DNA from: Trichosphaerium sp. ATCC 40318
Lineage: Eukaryota; Protista; Tubulinea
Length of the DNA stretch: 64,000 nucleotides
Reading direction: 5' to 3'
Assembly (NCBI GenBank): GCA_038496445.1
Contig: JALMLS010000143.1
Location: forward strand, 62,001-126,000
Position 1 is the first letter of the stretch, and each line of letters opens with the position of its first letter. The position numbers and the translations under genes were made by a program. A model generated the notes under the pieces. That model searched no databases. It saw only the letters and a list, made by a program, of their open reading frames with translations, and was not told the origin of the DNA. Below are positions 13,102 through 26,261 of this stretch, piece by piece.

Positions 13102-16100
13102 ATGTGGTATCTCTCATATATCACAACAATAGTACTCTTGACGGTACTAAATGTTGAAATGACAAAAGGGAATACACTCGTCGACGAACTCGCAAAGAAG
13201 TACGCTAATGATGCTCCCTTTCACGTGCGTAATTCCAATACATTCTAATACTCTTAATTTACCTTGTACTCCGCGCAGATTTGTAATGCGACAAAAGAAG
13301 TAAGCTGTAACGAAGTTGGCGAGGTAATAGGAATGTACGTGTAATAAATTATTGTGTCGTTTGATAAACACGTGTTAGTTTCCTTTCGAATAGTCAAGTG
13401 CCGGAAATGAATCTTCCTGACGATACGTTCGATATGTTTAACGCAACATTAACAGAGTTGTACGATATGTCTTCTTTAAAGCTGGTTTTGAACGTGTGGT
13501 AGGATCATATCAAGCTCTTCCGTCAGTTGGAATCTTACAATTAAGGACAACCTGTTCGACAAGCTCCAGACCATGTGAGTTTTTACTTTTTTCGATTTTT
13601 TAGGTGATTAGTATTAATCTCTTTTCCCTTCGGTAGAGAGCTTGATACGGCTACTATAATAGGAGCATTTACACCATCTCTATGTCAGTTACCTTCTTTA
13701 AGAGTATTGTACGTGATCACGTGTCGCTTACATCCAATTGCTGAACATCATAGGGATCTTTATATAAGACTTTCGGGGACTATTCCAGAGTGCTTAGGAG
13801 AAATGACAACATTGGAGAGATTGTATGTATACATACATAATTTTTATTCTGTTTGTGCTTATTTTACGTACCAAGAGTGCTGAGATCTCGGGCGAGTACT
13901 CAAGAATTGGAAGGACCAATTCCTAATTCTATCTTGAAGCTTAACGAAAGTTTAATAGAATTGTAAGTTGTCTAGTTTGTGCCTAATCACTTAATAACAT
14001 TCTTTTCTTTAGTAGTTCCTATTATAATAACCTGAATGGAACTCTTCCTGATAATCTGTTCGGACTGCTTCCTAACCTTGAAACATTGTACGCAAACCTG
14101 CTAAGATAAAGGATGCTTAATTTTGTTTGTATTGAAGAGCTCTGGTCAGCTCCAATATTGAATGGACAGTACCAATGGTACCTGACAACTCTGCTTTGCA
14201 TTCCTTGTACGTATTGTTTTTCGTTGATTGTGGGTTTAACGTCAAAAAAATAGAGTGTTGGACTTCAGCAGGAGTATAAACGGAACAGTACCCGAAACAT
14301 TCTACTCGCGCGGATTTAAGCGTTTGTACGAAGAAGCACATTAGAATAACAACTTGTGTCTGACAACTAAAAAGGTGTATCCGATTAGTTGATTCTCTCA
14401 TAGATAGCTTTAGTTTTGGTAAAATAACAGATGAAATAGCTCCAAACATAACTGATTTGTACGAATACTAACTTTGTTTATTGGAAAGCAGCTGACACAA
14501 ACTGATAGGCACATTCAACGCAAAAATATCACTAATTTTCCACAAACAATAATATTGCAAATGACAAACCTTACCTCATTGTACGCTTCAAGAGACATTA
14601 TTTGAGGCTGTACTTATTAAACTATTTTGGTTAGAGATATGGTAGAGTGTAATCTACAAGATAGTCTTCCTAACTTAGATCCTTTACCTTTGAAGAGGCT
14701 GTATGTTACTTATAAATTATCTGCGTTTTTTTTCTTATAAAGTGTTAGGAATCTTAAAGAAAACAACCTAAGTGGAGAGCTTCTTGATTGGATATTCGAA
14801 ATCAACGATCTGTAATGAAAATAGTTTACAAGTTTGTTAACTCCTACATTAGAGACCTGAGTTATAATTCTTTTGATGGAGACTTACCACAAAGATCATC
14901 AAACATGAGTAACTACTTCAGAATGCACGTGATATCGATGAGTTTTATTTCTAACTGTTAGTTTTTCCAGAAATCTGGAACATAATAATCTGTCAGGAAG
15001 CCTAAGTTCTGTATTTGACGACTACAACAGAGTGTACATTTAAAACATAAATGCAATGGGTGGTATTTAACTTTAACAAAGGCATATATCAAACAATTTA
15101 ATAAGTGGAGGACTTGAGTATTTATCAAACAGCACTCGTAAACGAATAATGTACCTAATTTCTATACTTCTTGATTTATTCCTAATTTGCAATCCTGCAG
15201 AAGCGCTTCTCATAACCGTTTTACTGGAATACTCCCAAATACCTTTGTAGATGAACCTTATGATGAAATGTATGCTATTTATTGAGGACGATAACTGCTT
15301 GTTTAACTAATGTTGTTTTTGTAGAGATTTGAGCCACAACGAACTTAAAGGAACTATTTCATCTTCTCTCATGAAACTGAATGTAGGCGTGTTAAGGCTA
15401 AATGATAATCAACTTTCAGGAGAGCTTCCTAATGTTGATGAAATTACGATGGATGAGTTGTACGTTTAACAATTCACATTCTTACATTCCTAATACAAAA
15501 AAGAAATTTATCAAACAACCAACTATTTGGACCATTACCTGGATATCTTGAAACACTAGACAAAATGTACGCTTTTCATTGCATGTTCCCCCATATTAAT
15601 CACAACCTTCAGAGGAGTTGGTAGTAATAGATTTTGGTGTCCGTCTGTAAAATTTGAAGCAAGTGATTGGTAAGACTATGACCCGTCCTAATAACACAAA
15701 TATTAACTCATTTGTAGTTCTCAGTTTAATGATTCTTTTGGAAACAATTACTTCTGTGACGAGTCTGGTATAACTTGCCAAGAGATAGGAAGCCTTAACT
15801 GCAATAATGTATGTCGTAGCCTTCCTATTGTAATACCCCAAGATGTGATTGTAAATGACAAGTTGATACTTACAAACAATGTTATCATTGAAGGTACATG
15901 ATGGAATTCAATTGAAGTTTTATAACCGTTCTCAATGTTCTAACTATTCTAAATGACAGGTGACTTCAGTATATCAACCAACAGCTCTATACAGAATGCA
16001 CCAGGTCTACAGATCAACGTGAGTGGTTGTGTAAGTATAAACGGAAGTGTGGATGTGACAGAAGGTGATACTTCAAATGACAATTTACTTGAAATTCATA

Positions 16101-16430
16101 GTTTAAATTGTACAATAAGTCTTGGTGATACATTCACAGCTTCCACACCAACTTGTACTCTCAAACACACAACAAACGGTACGCTTTATCGTCAGTTGAA
16201 AACTACTCATACTTTGTCCATCAGCGCAATCAAACTTGTTGACTGTATTCAAACCATCAACATGTTCTGAAAAGGATGAAACTTCAGGATTGTCAATGGG
16301 TGTAATCATCGGTATTTCAATTGCTGGTGCATTGATCGTTGTGGTTGTAATTATTATTGTTGTACTTTCTGTTCCAGCAATTAGAAACACCATCCTACCA
16401 TACAGAGAGTACAATAAAGGAGATTTATAA
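13102..16430 (+). CDS. LRR receptor-like transmembrane protein, copy B
   Basis: MWYLSYITTIVLLTVLNVEMTKG; same exon architecture as copy A; tail ...YREYNKGDL. Confidence 0.92.
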
Positions 16431-16745
16431 AATGATAGTTTTTGACCTCAGTGTTAGTGTAAAGTTTTCTGTTCTTATTGAAACTGGTTGCAGATAACAC
16501 TCCGTGAAGCTTTTCAAAAATTTGCATAGAAAAAAAATTGTTAAAAGTTGATTGAACATTTCTCAAGTAGGATTTAGGTTTCTTCTCCGTTGACGTACAA
16601 AGGGCTTATGACGTACCTTGTTTATCAAGCACTGTAGAGATATTACACAAAATGAATAACAAACGCACAATTTTTTGTACTGGCTATCCACCTACCCTAA
16701 TTCAAACCTTTTCCAAATAACCCATTTTCTCCCTTTTACTACAAC

Positions 16746-19700
16746 ATGTGGTCTCTCTTGTACATCATAACAATAGTACTCTTGACGGTACTAAATGTTG
16801 AAATGACAAAAGGGAATACACTCGTCGACGAACTCGCAAAGAAGTACGCTAATGATGCTCCCTTTCACGTGCGTAATTCTATTGTTATTTTAATACTCTT
16901 AATTTACCTTGTACTCCGTGTAGATCTGTAATGCGACAAAAGAAGTAACCTGTAATGATGTCGGCGAGGTAATAGGAATGTACGTGTAGTAAATTATTGT
17001 GTCGTTTGATAAACACGTGCTAGTATCTTTTTGTAACCACGTGTTAGTCACCTTTTGTATAATAATGTACCTAAAATGAATCTATCAGTTGATACGTTTG
17101 ATATGTTTAACGAAACATTAACAGAGCTGTACGATAGTCTCCGTTAAAAGTTTGTTTTGAACGTGTTGGTAGAACCATAAAAGGCTCTTCTGTTACTTGG
17201 AATTTTTCTGTTAGGGAGAATCTGTTCGAAAAGCTCCAAACCATGTGAGTTTTTACTTTTTTCGGTTATTTCGGTGATTGGTTATTAATGTTGTTTTTTG
17301 CTAGAGAGCTTGACGGGCCTACAATATCTGGAGCACTTACACAGCATATGTGTCGACTACATGATTTAAGAGTATTGTACGTGTTCACGTGTTGCTTACA
17401 TCCAATTTTCTAAACAATACAATTTGCAGGGATCTTTTTTTAAGACTCTCGGGGACAATCCCAGAGTGCTTAGGAGAGATGAGAGCATTGGAAAGGATGT
17501 ATGTATTAAATTTTATTCTATATTTGCTTATTTTATGTACCAAGAGTGTTGAGATCTCGAGTTAATCAACAATTAGAAGGACCAATTCCTGATTCTATTT
17601 TGAACCTCCAAAATCTAATAGAATTGTAAGTTACCTAGTTTGTGCCTAATTCACTTAGTAACATTCTTTTCTTTAGTAGTTCCTATTATAATAGACTGAA
17701 CGGAACTCTTCCCAGTGATCTGTTCGGACAGCTTCCTAACCTTGAAACATTGTACGTGCGAGAACATCCTTACTACGTAAAAAGCAGGCGTAATTCTTTT
17801 ATTGAAGAGCTCTGGTCAACTCTAATATTGAATGGACGGTACCAAATGTACCCACCACCTCTGCTTTGCATTCCTTGTACGTATTGTTTTCTTTATTTAA
17901 TTGAAGATGGATTTAACGCCATAAAATAGAGTGTTGGACTTCAGCCAACGTATAAACGGAACAGTACCTGAAATATTCTATTCACGTGGATTCAAGCGCT
18001 TGTACGGAAGAAGCACAATAGAATAACAACATGTCTGACAACTAAAAAGGTGTATCCGATTAGTTGACTCTCTCATAGATAGCTTTAGTTTTTATAGAAT
18101 AACAGATGAAATAGCTCCAAACATAACTGATTTGTACGAATACTAACTTTATTTATTGGAAAGCAGCTGACACAAACTGATAGGCACATTCAACGCAAAA
18201 ATATCACTAATTTTCCACGAACAATAATATTGCAAATGACGAACCTTACCTCATTGTACGCTTCAAGAGACACCATGAAGTTGTACTTTATTAAACTATT
18301 TTTTTTAGGGATATGGTAGAGTGTAATCTACAAGGGCGTCTTCCAATCTTAGATACTTTAGGTTTGGACAGGCTGTATGTTAACATGAATACTTTGTTAA
18401 TACTCCACTTTATTCTCATAAACTGTTTAGGGGTTTTCAAAAGAACAACCTTTACGGAGAACTTCCTGAGTGGATATTCGAAATCAGCGATTTGTAATGA
18501 AAACAACTTACGACTTTGTTAACACCTATATTAGAGACCTGAGTTATAACTCTTTTGATGGAAACTTACCACAGAGATCATCAAACACGAGTAACCACCT
18601 CAGAATGCACGTGATGTCGATGAGTTTTATTTCTAACTTTTTGCTTTCTCATAGAAATCTGGAACATAATAATCTGTCAGGAAGCCTAAGTTCTATATTT
18701 AACGACTACAATATTGTGTACGTTAAAAACAGTAACACAACTTGTGATAATTACTTTAACAAAGGTATATTTCAAACAATTCAATAAGTGGAGGACTTGA
18801 GTATTTATCAAACAGCACTCGTAAACGAATAATGTACCTAATTTCTATTTTTGGTAATGTACTCCTAATTTGGCACCCTACAGAAGAGCTTCACACAATA
18901 GGTTTACTGGAATGCTTCCTACCAATTTTACGGGTGGACCTTATGATGAAATGTGTGCTGTTTATTTGAGTTTAAAAACAATAATTGTTTGTTAGAGATT
19001 TGAGCCACAACGAGTTTCAAGGAACTATTTCATCGTCTCTAATGAAACTGAATGTGGCCGAATTAAGGCTAAATGATAATCAATTTTCAGGAGAGCTTCC
19101 AAAAGATATTGACATTACGATAGACAAGCTGTACGTTAAGTTAAGACATACTTAAATTCACATTAAAACAAAAAAGGGATTTATCGAACAATCAACTATT
19201 TGGACCATTACCTGACTACCTTGCAACACTCGATGAAATGTTCGTTTCTCAATATGTGTATAAACTCATACTTACTTTGACCCTTAGTGAAGTTCGTAAT
19301 AATAGATTTTGGTGTCCGACTGTAGAATTTGAGTCAGGCGATTGGTAAGACAATGTGAGAATCTAATTTGTAACAAATTATAGCGCTCAGTTTAACACTA
19401 CTTTTGGAAACAATTACTTCTGTGACGAGTCTGGTATAACTTGCCAAGAGATAGGAAGCCTTAACTGCAGTAACGTATGTCGTAGCCTTCCTATTGTAAT
19501 ACCTCAAGATGTGATTGTAAATGACAAGCTGATACTTACAAACAATGTTATCATTGAAGGTACATGATGGAATTCAATTGAAGTTTTATAACCGTTCTCA
19601 ATGTTTCTAACTATTCTAAATGACAGGTGACTTCAGTATATCAACCAACAGCTCTATACAGAATGCACCAGGTCTACAGATCAACGTGAGTGGTTGTGTA

Positions 19701-20105
19701 AGTATAAACGGAAGTGTGGATGTGACAGAAGGTGATACTTCAAATGACAATTTACTTGAAATTCATAGTTTAAATTGTAAAATAAGTCTTGGTGATACAT
19801 TCACAGCTTCCACACCAACTTGTACTCTCAAACACACAACAAATGGTACGCTTTATCATAAGTGACTTTACCTTCGAAAAATGCTCATACTTTGTTCAGC
19901 GCAATCAAACTTGTTGACTGTATTCAAACCATCAACATGTTCTGAAAAGGATGAAACTTCAGGATCGTCGATGGGTGTAATCATTGGTATTTCAATTGCT
20001 GGTGCATTGATTGTTGTGGTTGTAATTATTATTGTTGTACTTTCTGTTCCAGCAATTAGAAACACCATCCTACCATACAGAGAGTACAATAAAGGAGATT
20101 TATAA
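16746..20105 (+). CDS. LRR receptor-like transmembrane protein, copy C
   Basis: Tandem repeat unit 3644 bp after copy B ATG; same architecture. Confidence 0.92.
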
Positions 20106-20409
20106 AATGATAGTTTTTGACCTAATCAGTATTAGTGTAAAGTTTTCTGTTCTTATTGAAAACTGGTTGCAGATAACGCTCCGTGAAGCTTTTCAAAAAT
20201 TTGCATGGAACGAAATTGTTATTAATCCAGGATTTAGGTTTCTTCTCTGTTGTGACGTACTAAACAAGGGCTTATGACGTACCTTGTTTATCAAGCACTA
20301 TAGAGATATTACACAAAATGAATAATAACAAGCGCACATTTTTTGTACTGGCTATCAAACCTAATTCAAACCTTTTCCAAACAACCCATTTTCTCAATTC
20401 TACTACAAC

Positions 20410-23400
20410 ATGTGGTCTCTCTTGTACATCATAACAATAATACTCTTGACGGTACTAAATGTTGAAATGACAAAAGGGAATACACTCGTCGACGAACTCG
20501 CAAAGAAGTACGCTAATACTCCCTTTCACGTGCGCAATTCTATTGTTTTTCTAATACTCTTAATTTACCTTATACTCCGCGTAGATCTGTAATGCGACTA
20601 AAGAAGTAACCTGTAATGATGTCGGTGAGGTAATAGGAATGTACGTGTAGTAAATTATGGTATCTTTTTTGTAACCCCGTGTTAGTCACCTTTTGTATAA
20701 TAATGTACCGAAAATGAATCTATCGGTTGATACGTTTGATATGTTTAACGAAACATTAACAGAGCTGTACGATAGTCTCCGTTAAAAGTTTGTTTTGAAC
20801 GTGTTGGTAGGACCATAAAAGGCTCTCCTGTTACTTGGAATTTTTCTGTTAGGGAGAATCTGTTCGAAAAGCTCCAAACCATGTGAGTTTTTACTTTTTT
20901 CGGTTATTTCGGTGATTGGTTATTAATGTTGTTTTTTGCTAGAGAGCTTGATGGGACTACAATATCTGGAGCACTTACACAGAACCTGTGTCGACTGCAT
21001 GATTTAAAAGTATTGTACGTGTTCACGTGTCGCTTACACATCCAATTGCTGAACATCATAGGGATCTTAATATAAGACTCTCGGGGACTATTCCAGAGTG
21101 CTTAGGAGAGATGAGAGCATTGGAAAGGATGTATGTATTAAATTTTATTCTATAGTTGCTTATTTTATGTACCAAGAGTGCTGAGACCTCGAGTTAATCA
21201 ACAATTGGAAGGACCAATTCCTGCTTCTATTTTGAACCTCCAAAATCTAATAGAATTGTAAGTTACCTAGTTTGTGCCTAATCATGTAACATCTTTCTGT
21301 AGTAGTTCCTATTATAATAGACTGAATGGAACTCTTCCTGATAATCTGTTCGGACAGCTTCCTAACCTTGAAACATTGTACGTGCGAGAACATCCTTACT
21401 ACGTAATTCTTTTATTGATTTTATTGAAGAGCTCTGGTCGGCTCTAATATTGAATGGACGGTACCAAATGTACCCACCACCTCTGCTTTGCATTCCTTGT
21501 ATGTATTGTTTCTCTAATTAGTTGAGGATGGATTTAACGTGATAAAATAGAGTGTTGGACTTCAGCCAACGTATAAACGGAACAGTACCCGAAATATTCT
21601 ACTCACGTGGATTCAAGCGTTTGTACGGGAGAAGCACAATAGAATAACAACTTGTGTCTGACAACTAAAAAGGTGTATCCGATTAGTTGATTCTCTCATA
21701 GATAGCTTTAGTTTTGATAGAATAACAGTGGAAATAGCTCCAAACATAACTGATTTGTACGAATACTAACTTTGTTTATTGGCAAGCAGCTGACACAAAC
21801 TGATAGGCACATTCAACGCAAAAATATCACTACTTTTCCGCGAACAATAATATTGCAAATGACGAACCTTACCTCATTGTACGCTTCAAGAGACACCATG
21901 AAGTTGTACTTTATTAAACTATTTTTTTTAGGGATATGGTAGAGTGTAATCTACAAGGACGTCTTCCAATCTTAGATACTTTACCTTTGAAGAGGCTGTA
22001 TGTTAACACGAATACTTTGCTACTACTCCACTTTCTCATAAACTGTTTCTAGGGGTTTTCTAAAGAACAACCTACACGGAGAACTTCCTGAGTGGATATT
22101 CGAAATCAGCGATTTGTAATGAAAACAACTTACGACTTTGTTAACACCTATATTAGAGACCTGAGTTATAACTCTTTTGATGGAAACTTACCACAGAGAT
22201 CATCAAACATGAGTAACTACTTCAGAATGCACGTGATATCGATGAGTTTATAACTAACTTTTTGTTTTCTCATAGAAATCTGGAACATAATAATCTATCA
22301 GGAAGCCTAAGTTCTGTATTTAACGACTACAATATTGTGTACGTTAAAAACAGTAACACAACTTGTGATAATTACTTTAACAAAGGTATATTTCAAACAA
22401 TTCAATAAGTGGAGGACTTGAGTATTTAGCAAATAGTACTCGTAAACGAATAATGTACCTAATTTCTATTTTTGTTAATGTACTCCTAATTTGGCACCCT
22501 ACAGAAGAGCTTCGTACAATAGGTTTACTGGAATGCTTCCTACCAATTTTACAGGTGGCCCTTATGATGAAATGTGTGCTGTTTATTTGAGTTTAAAAAC
22601 AATAATTGTTTGTTAGAGATTTGAGCCACAACGAGTTTCAAGGAACTATTTCTTCGTCTCTAATGAAACTGAATGTGGCTGAATTAAGGCTAAATGATAA
22701 TCAACTTTCAGGAGAGCTTCCAAAAGATATTGACATTACGATGGACAAGCTGTACGTTAAGTCACGTTCTTAAATTCTCATTAAAATAAAAAAGGGATTT
22801 ATCAAACAATAAACTATTTGGACCATTACCTGGATATCTTGAAACACTCAATGAAATGTTCGTTTCGCTTTTGTATAAGCTCATACTCACTTTACCGTTA
22901 GTGACGTTCGTAATAATAGATTTTGGTGTCCGTCTATACAATTTGCAGCAAGTGATTGGTAAGACTATGACCCGTACCCTTAATAACACAAATATTAACT
23001 CATTTGTAGTTCTCAGTTTAATGATTCTTTTGGAAACAATTACTTCTGTGACGAGTCTGGTGTAACTTGTGAAGAGATAGGAAGCCTTAACTGCAGTAAT
23101 GTATGTCGTATCCTTCCTATTGTAATACCTCAAGATGTGATTGTAAATGACAAGCTGATACTTACAAACAATGTTATCATTGAAGGTACATGATGGAATT
23201 CAATTGAAGTTTTATAACCGTTCTCAATGTTCTAACTATTCTTAATGACAGGTGACTTCAGTATATCAACCAACAACTCTATCCAGATTATACCTGGTCT
23301 ACAGGTCAACGTGAGTGGTTGTGTAAGTATAAACGGAAGTGTGGATGTGACAGAAGGTGATACTTCAAATGACAATTTACTTGAAATTCATAGTTTGAAT

Positions 23401-23727
23401 TGTACAATAAGTCTTGGTGATACATTCACAGCTTCCACACCAACTTGTACTCTCAAACACACAACAAACGGTACGCTTTATCATAAGTGACTTTACCTTC
23501 GAAAAATGCTCATACTTTGTTCAGCGCAATCAAACTTGTTGACTGTATTCAAACCATCAACATGTTCTCAAAAGGATGAAACTTCAGGATTGTCGATGGG
23601 TGTAATCATTGGTATTTTAATTGCTGGTGCATTACTTGTTGTCATTGTAATTATTCTTGTTGTATTTTCTGTTCCAGCAATTAGAAACACCATCCTACCA
23701 TACAAAGAGTACAATACTAAACGCTAA
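20410..23727 (+). CDS. LRR receptor-like transmembrane protein, copy D
   Basis: Tandem repeat unit 3664 bp after copy C ATG; tail ...YKEYNTKR. Confidence 0.92.
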
Positions 23728-23828
23728 AAAATAAAATCGTGTTTTAAAGCAGGAACTTGCAGTTCGTTGGAGGAATACATTTCTTTGAAAGATGTAGTTT
23801 TTTGGCGACAATTGCTTTAACTAGACGT

Positions 23829-23886
23829 AGGAACTACTATAGGAACTTCCTTATAGGAACTCTGGAGAGGAACTTGTTAAAGGAAC
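23829..23886 (+). promoter_or_regulatory. Five AGGAAC motifs at 12-14 bp period upstream of small ORF
   Basis: AGGAAC at 23829, 23841, 23855, 23868, 23881 (another at 23751); ATG at 23915. Confidence 0.45.
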
Positions 23887-23914
23887 AGAACACAGCAATC
23901 ATATTACTACAACA

Positions 23915-24199
23915 ATGGGACAAGCAGCACTTGGAGGAGGAGCAACAGGCGGTCTAGGCAGTTTCAATAGTGATTTCAGGCATAGATCTCATGCTGAAAA
24001 CATCGCAAGAGGCGCAGCTTATGCACATCCAGCAACAGCAGCTGTAACTGTAGTATCAGAAATCGCAGAGTTGAATGGACATCTAAGCAAACAGAACTAT
24101 GAAAACCACTACAATAACCTTATTTCTGCTGGAGCAACACATCAACAAGCCGCAGATATATCGTTTGATAATCTCATTTCAGCTAATAGCATGCCTTGA
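23915..24199 (+). CDS. Small intronless Gly/Ala-rich hypothetical protein (94 aa)
   Basis: Open frame with coding-like composition, A-rich start context (acaacaATG), AATAAA ~40 nt after stop. Confidence 0.7.
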   Translation: MGQAALGGGATGGLGSFNSDFRHRSHAENIARGAAYAHPATAAVTVVSEIAELNGHLSKQNYENHYNNLISAGATHQQAADISFDNLISANSMP

Positions 24200-24462
24200 G
24201 GGCCAAAAGGGATAACGTAAACTCACATGTCAACTCAACAATAAACTTGCTATTCAAACAAAAAAAATCTTGCTATATTCTAAAGTTGCGAATGTACTCT
24301 CTAAACGGAATGGTTTATATTTTATACTAGTAATTTACCTTGAGAAGGTATACAAATAAGCGTACTTATTTATCTGGGTTCATTACTGAACCATAAGCTG
24401 TACAAACTTTAAAAAGTTATTGCTTTGTTTAAGATTTTTTGATGTGATTGGATTAACATAGA

Positions 24463-26261
24463 TCAAACCAAGCGGCTATTTATCCATTCCCAGCAATCTT
24501 TGATTACCTTAGGTTTCTCCTAGGTTTATTGCAGTTAGTTGAAGTACTTCACAATTGGGTTTTTCTTTAATGTACCTGAATGCAATGTGTCGGTAAATCA
24601 TCATAAAATTTACTGTCTTTTACTGAAGATTTAGCATCCTTGACAAGCTTCTCAGAACCCCAACAAGGAACAACAGGATCGCCTTTAGCATGACAAATAA
24701 CGAACGGAAAATTCAAATCTCCAAGAATAGTCTAAAACTGCTTTAGTTCAAAAAAACAACTTTTTTCTTAAGTCTACTTCTTCTTTAAAGATTTCCTCGA
24801 GATATGATATTCAAAATAAGAAATAGAATACGCAGTCGATTACTGGCTCCTATGAATTTGAAAATTTTTGCTTGTGGAGCAGGAACCGCCTGAAACTTTA
24901 GTCAAAAAAAATCGTACTTGAGCATAAGCTGTCATAGCGAGCATGTTCTTGCCCAGAGATAAGAACATGTTACCTGTGTAACAATACTCATCATCAATAA
25001 TAGATTGATAAGCTGCCGGTGTTTCAAAATTATCAGGGTTTGGTACAGGACCCAGGCGTAAGCCACCACCGCCAAGATTTGCAATAGTCCTAAAGTACAT
25101 TTAATAAAAAATTGCGATCGCCACGTGCGCGTTTGGAACAATTGAAATTAATGTGTACGTACATTAGCATTTGTTTTACTATCCACGAAGGTTCAATAGA
25201 GTTATAGAGAGCAGGACAAAGTAGAAGAGATCCACACCATCTTGTTATAAAATCTTTAGATAACTCTTCTTTTTCAGCCATTTTCTGAAGCTTATACGAT
25301 GTCAACATAGTCACACATCCGCCCATAGAAGCGCCTCCAATAAAGAAAGGCAGCTCATGTTTATAATCTTCCTTCTTACCTAAGAAATAGCTTGGTAACA
25401 TCACAGTAAATTGTGTTTTTTTCAGTTAAAAAAAAAAAAACTAGCCAAAAACTTACCACTAACGTAATCAACCATGAATTCCACTGCATCATCAACTAAG
25501 TAATTCCAGTCTATCATGTGTCCACGCTCTTCTGTTGTTGCGCTGATAAGAGTAAGTAACCACGTAATCTTGAAAACAATTTTTCTTGGAGATATACGTA
25601 TTTAAGCGCTTTAAAACACTCTATGTTGCTTGTACGTAATGATGCGTACCTTCTACCGTGAGCATGTTGATCATAAGCTAAAACATTAAATCCTTGGGCC
25701 GCGACGCCGTTAATAAGCTTAATTTGTGGTCCCTCGCCTGTTTGAATAGGTTTAGAACTTTATTACAATTAAATGCCAAAATTAGGGTAAAACATAGCTA
25801 TTTACAATACCTGAGTGGGAGTGCATTCCATGGAGAAACAATAGAACGCCTTTAGGGTTTTCAACGGTATGTTTCCTTAAAAACAACTTTTCTCCTCTAC
25901 TGTTGGTCCATGATGACGAATCTACGTTAACCTGCATAATGAATAGCTAGTGTTAAAGCAGGCGTCAAGTCTGATCATTCACGTAATCTGTTAAGGCAAG
26001 TCCCATTTGGGCTAGCCACCAATTTAATGAAATTAGAATTGGAATTGTCAATAACAAGTTGTTTTTTTTTTAGATGACAAATCTACAACAACATCGTACA
26101 TTATTATAATATTGCGCGACCCTTCAGTCAAACATAAAATAATTATTGTTAGATGAACCAGCTTTCACGAAAAAAGAATATTAGCAGGCTATCAGGCCTC
26201 TAGCGAACTCACATGTACGGGTTTGTTCTACCCACATCAATCCTTTAACCATAGTCGCCAT
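24463..26261 (-). CDS. Alpha/beta hydrolase (monoacylglycerol lipase/lysophospholipase-like), multi-exon
   Basis: LHGMHSHS, DQHAHG, nucleophile elbow GASMGG, ICHAKGDPVVP; ends EKPKVIKDCWEWINSRLV*. Start codon approximate. Confidence 0.85.

Noticed and set aside
11506-23133. Antisense ORFs over LRR 3' exons (11506-11856, 15596-15841, 22762-23133 and similar)
   Set aside because: Shadows of the plus-strand genes, repeated only because the genes are duplicated.
9119-23727. Alternative genetic code as the cause of fragmented ORFs
   Set aside because: Stops fall within GT/GC-AG introns; spliced frames I traced are open and end in TAA, TAG or TGA normally.
23751-23886. Short periodic repeats as a CRISPR-like array
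   Set aside because: Repeat only 6 bp with 6-8 bp gaps; no cas genes; eukaryotic context.
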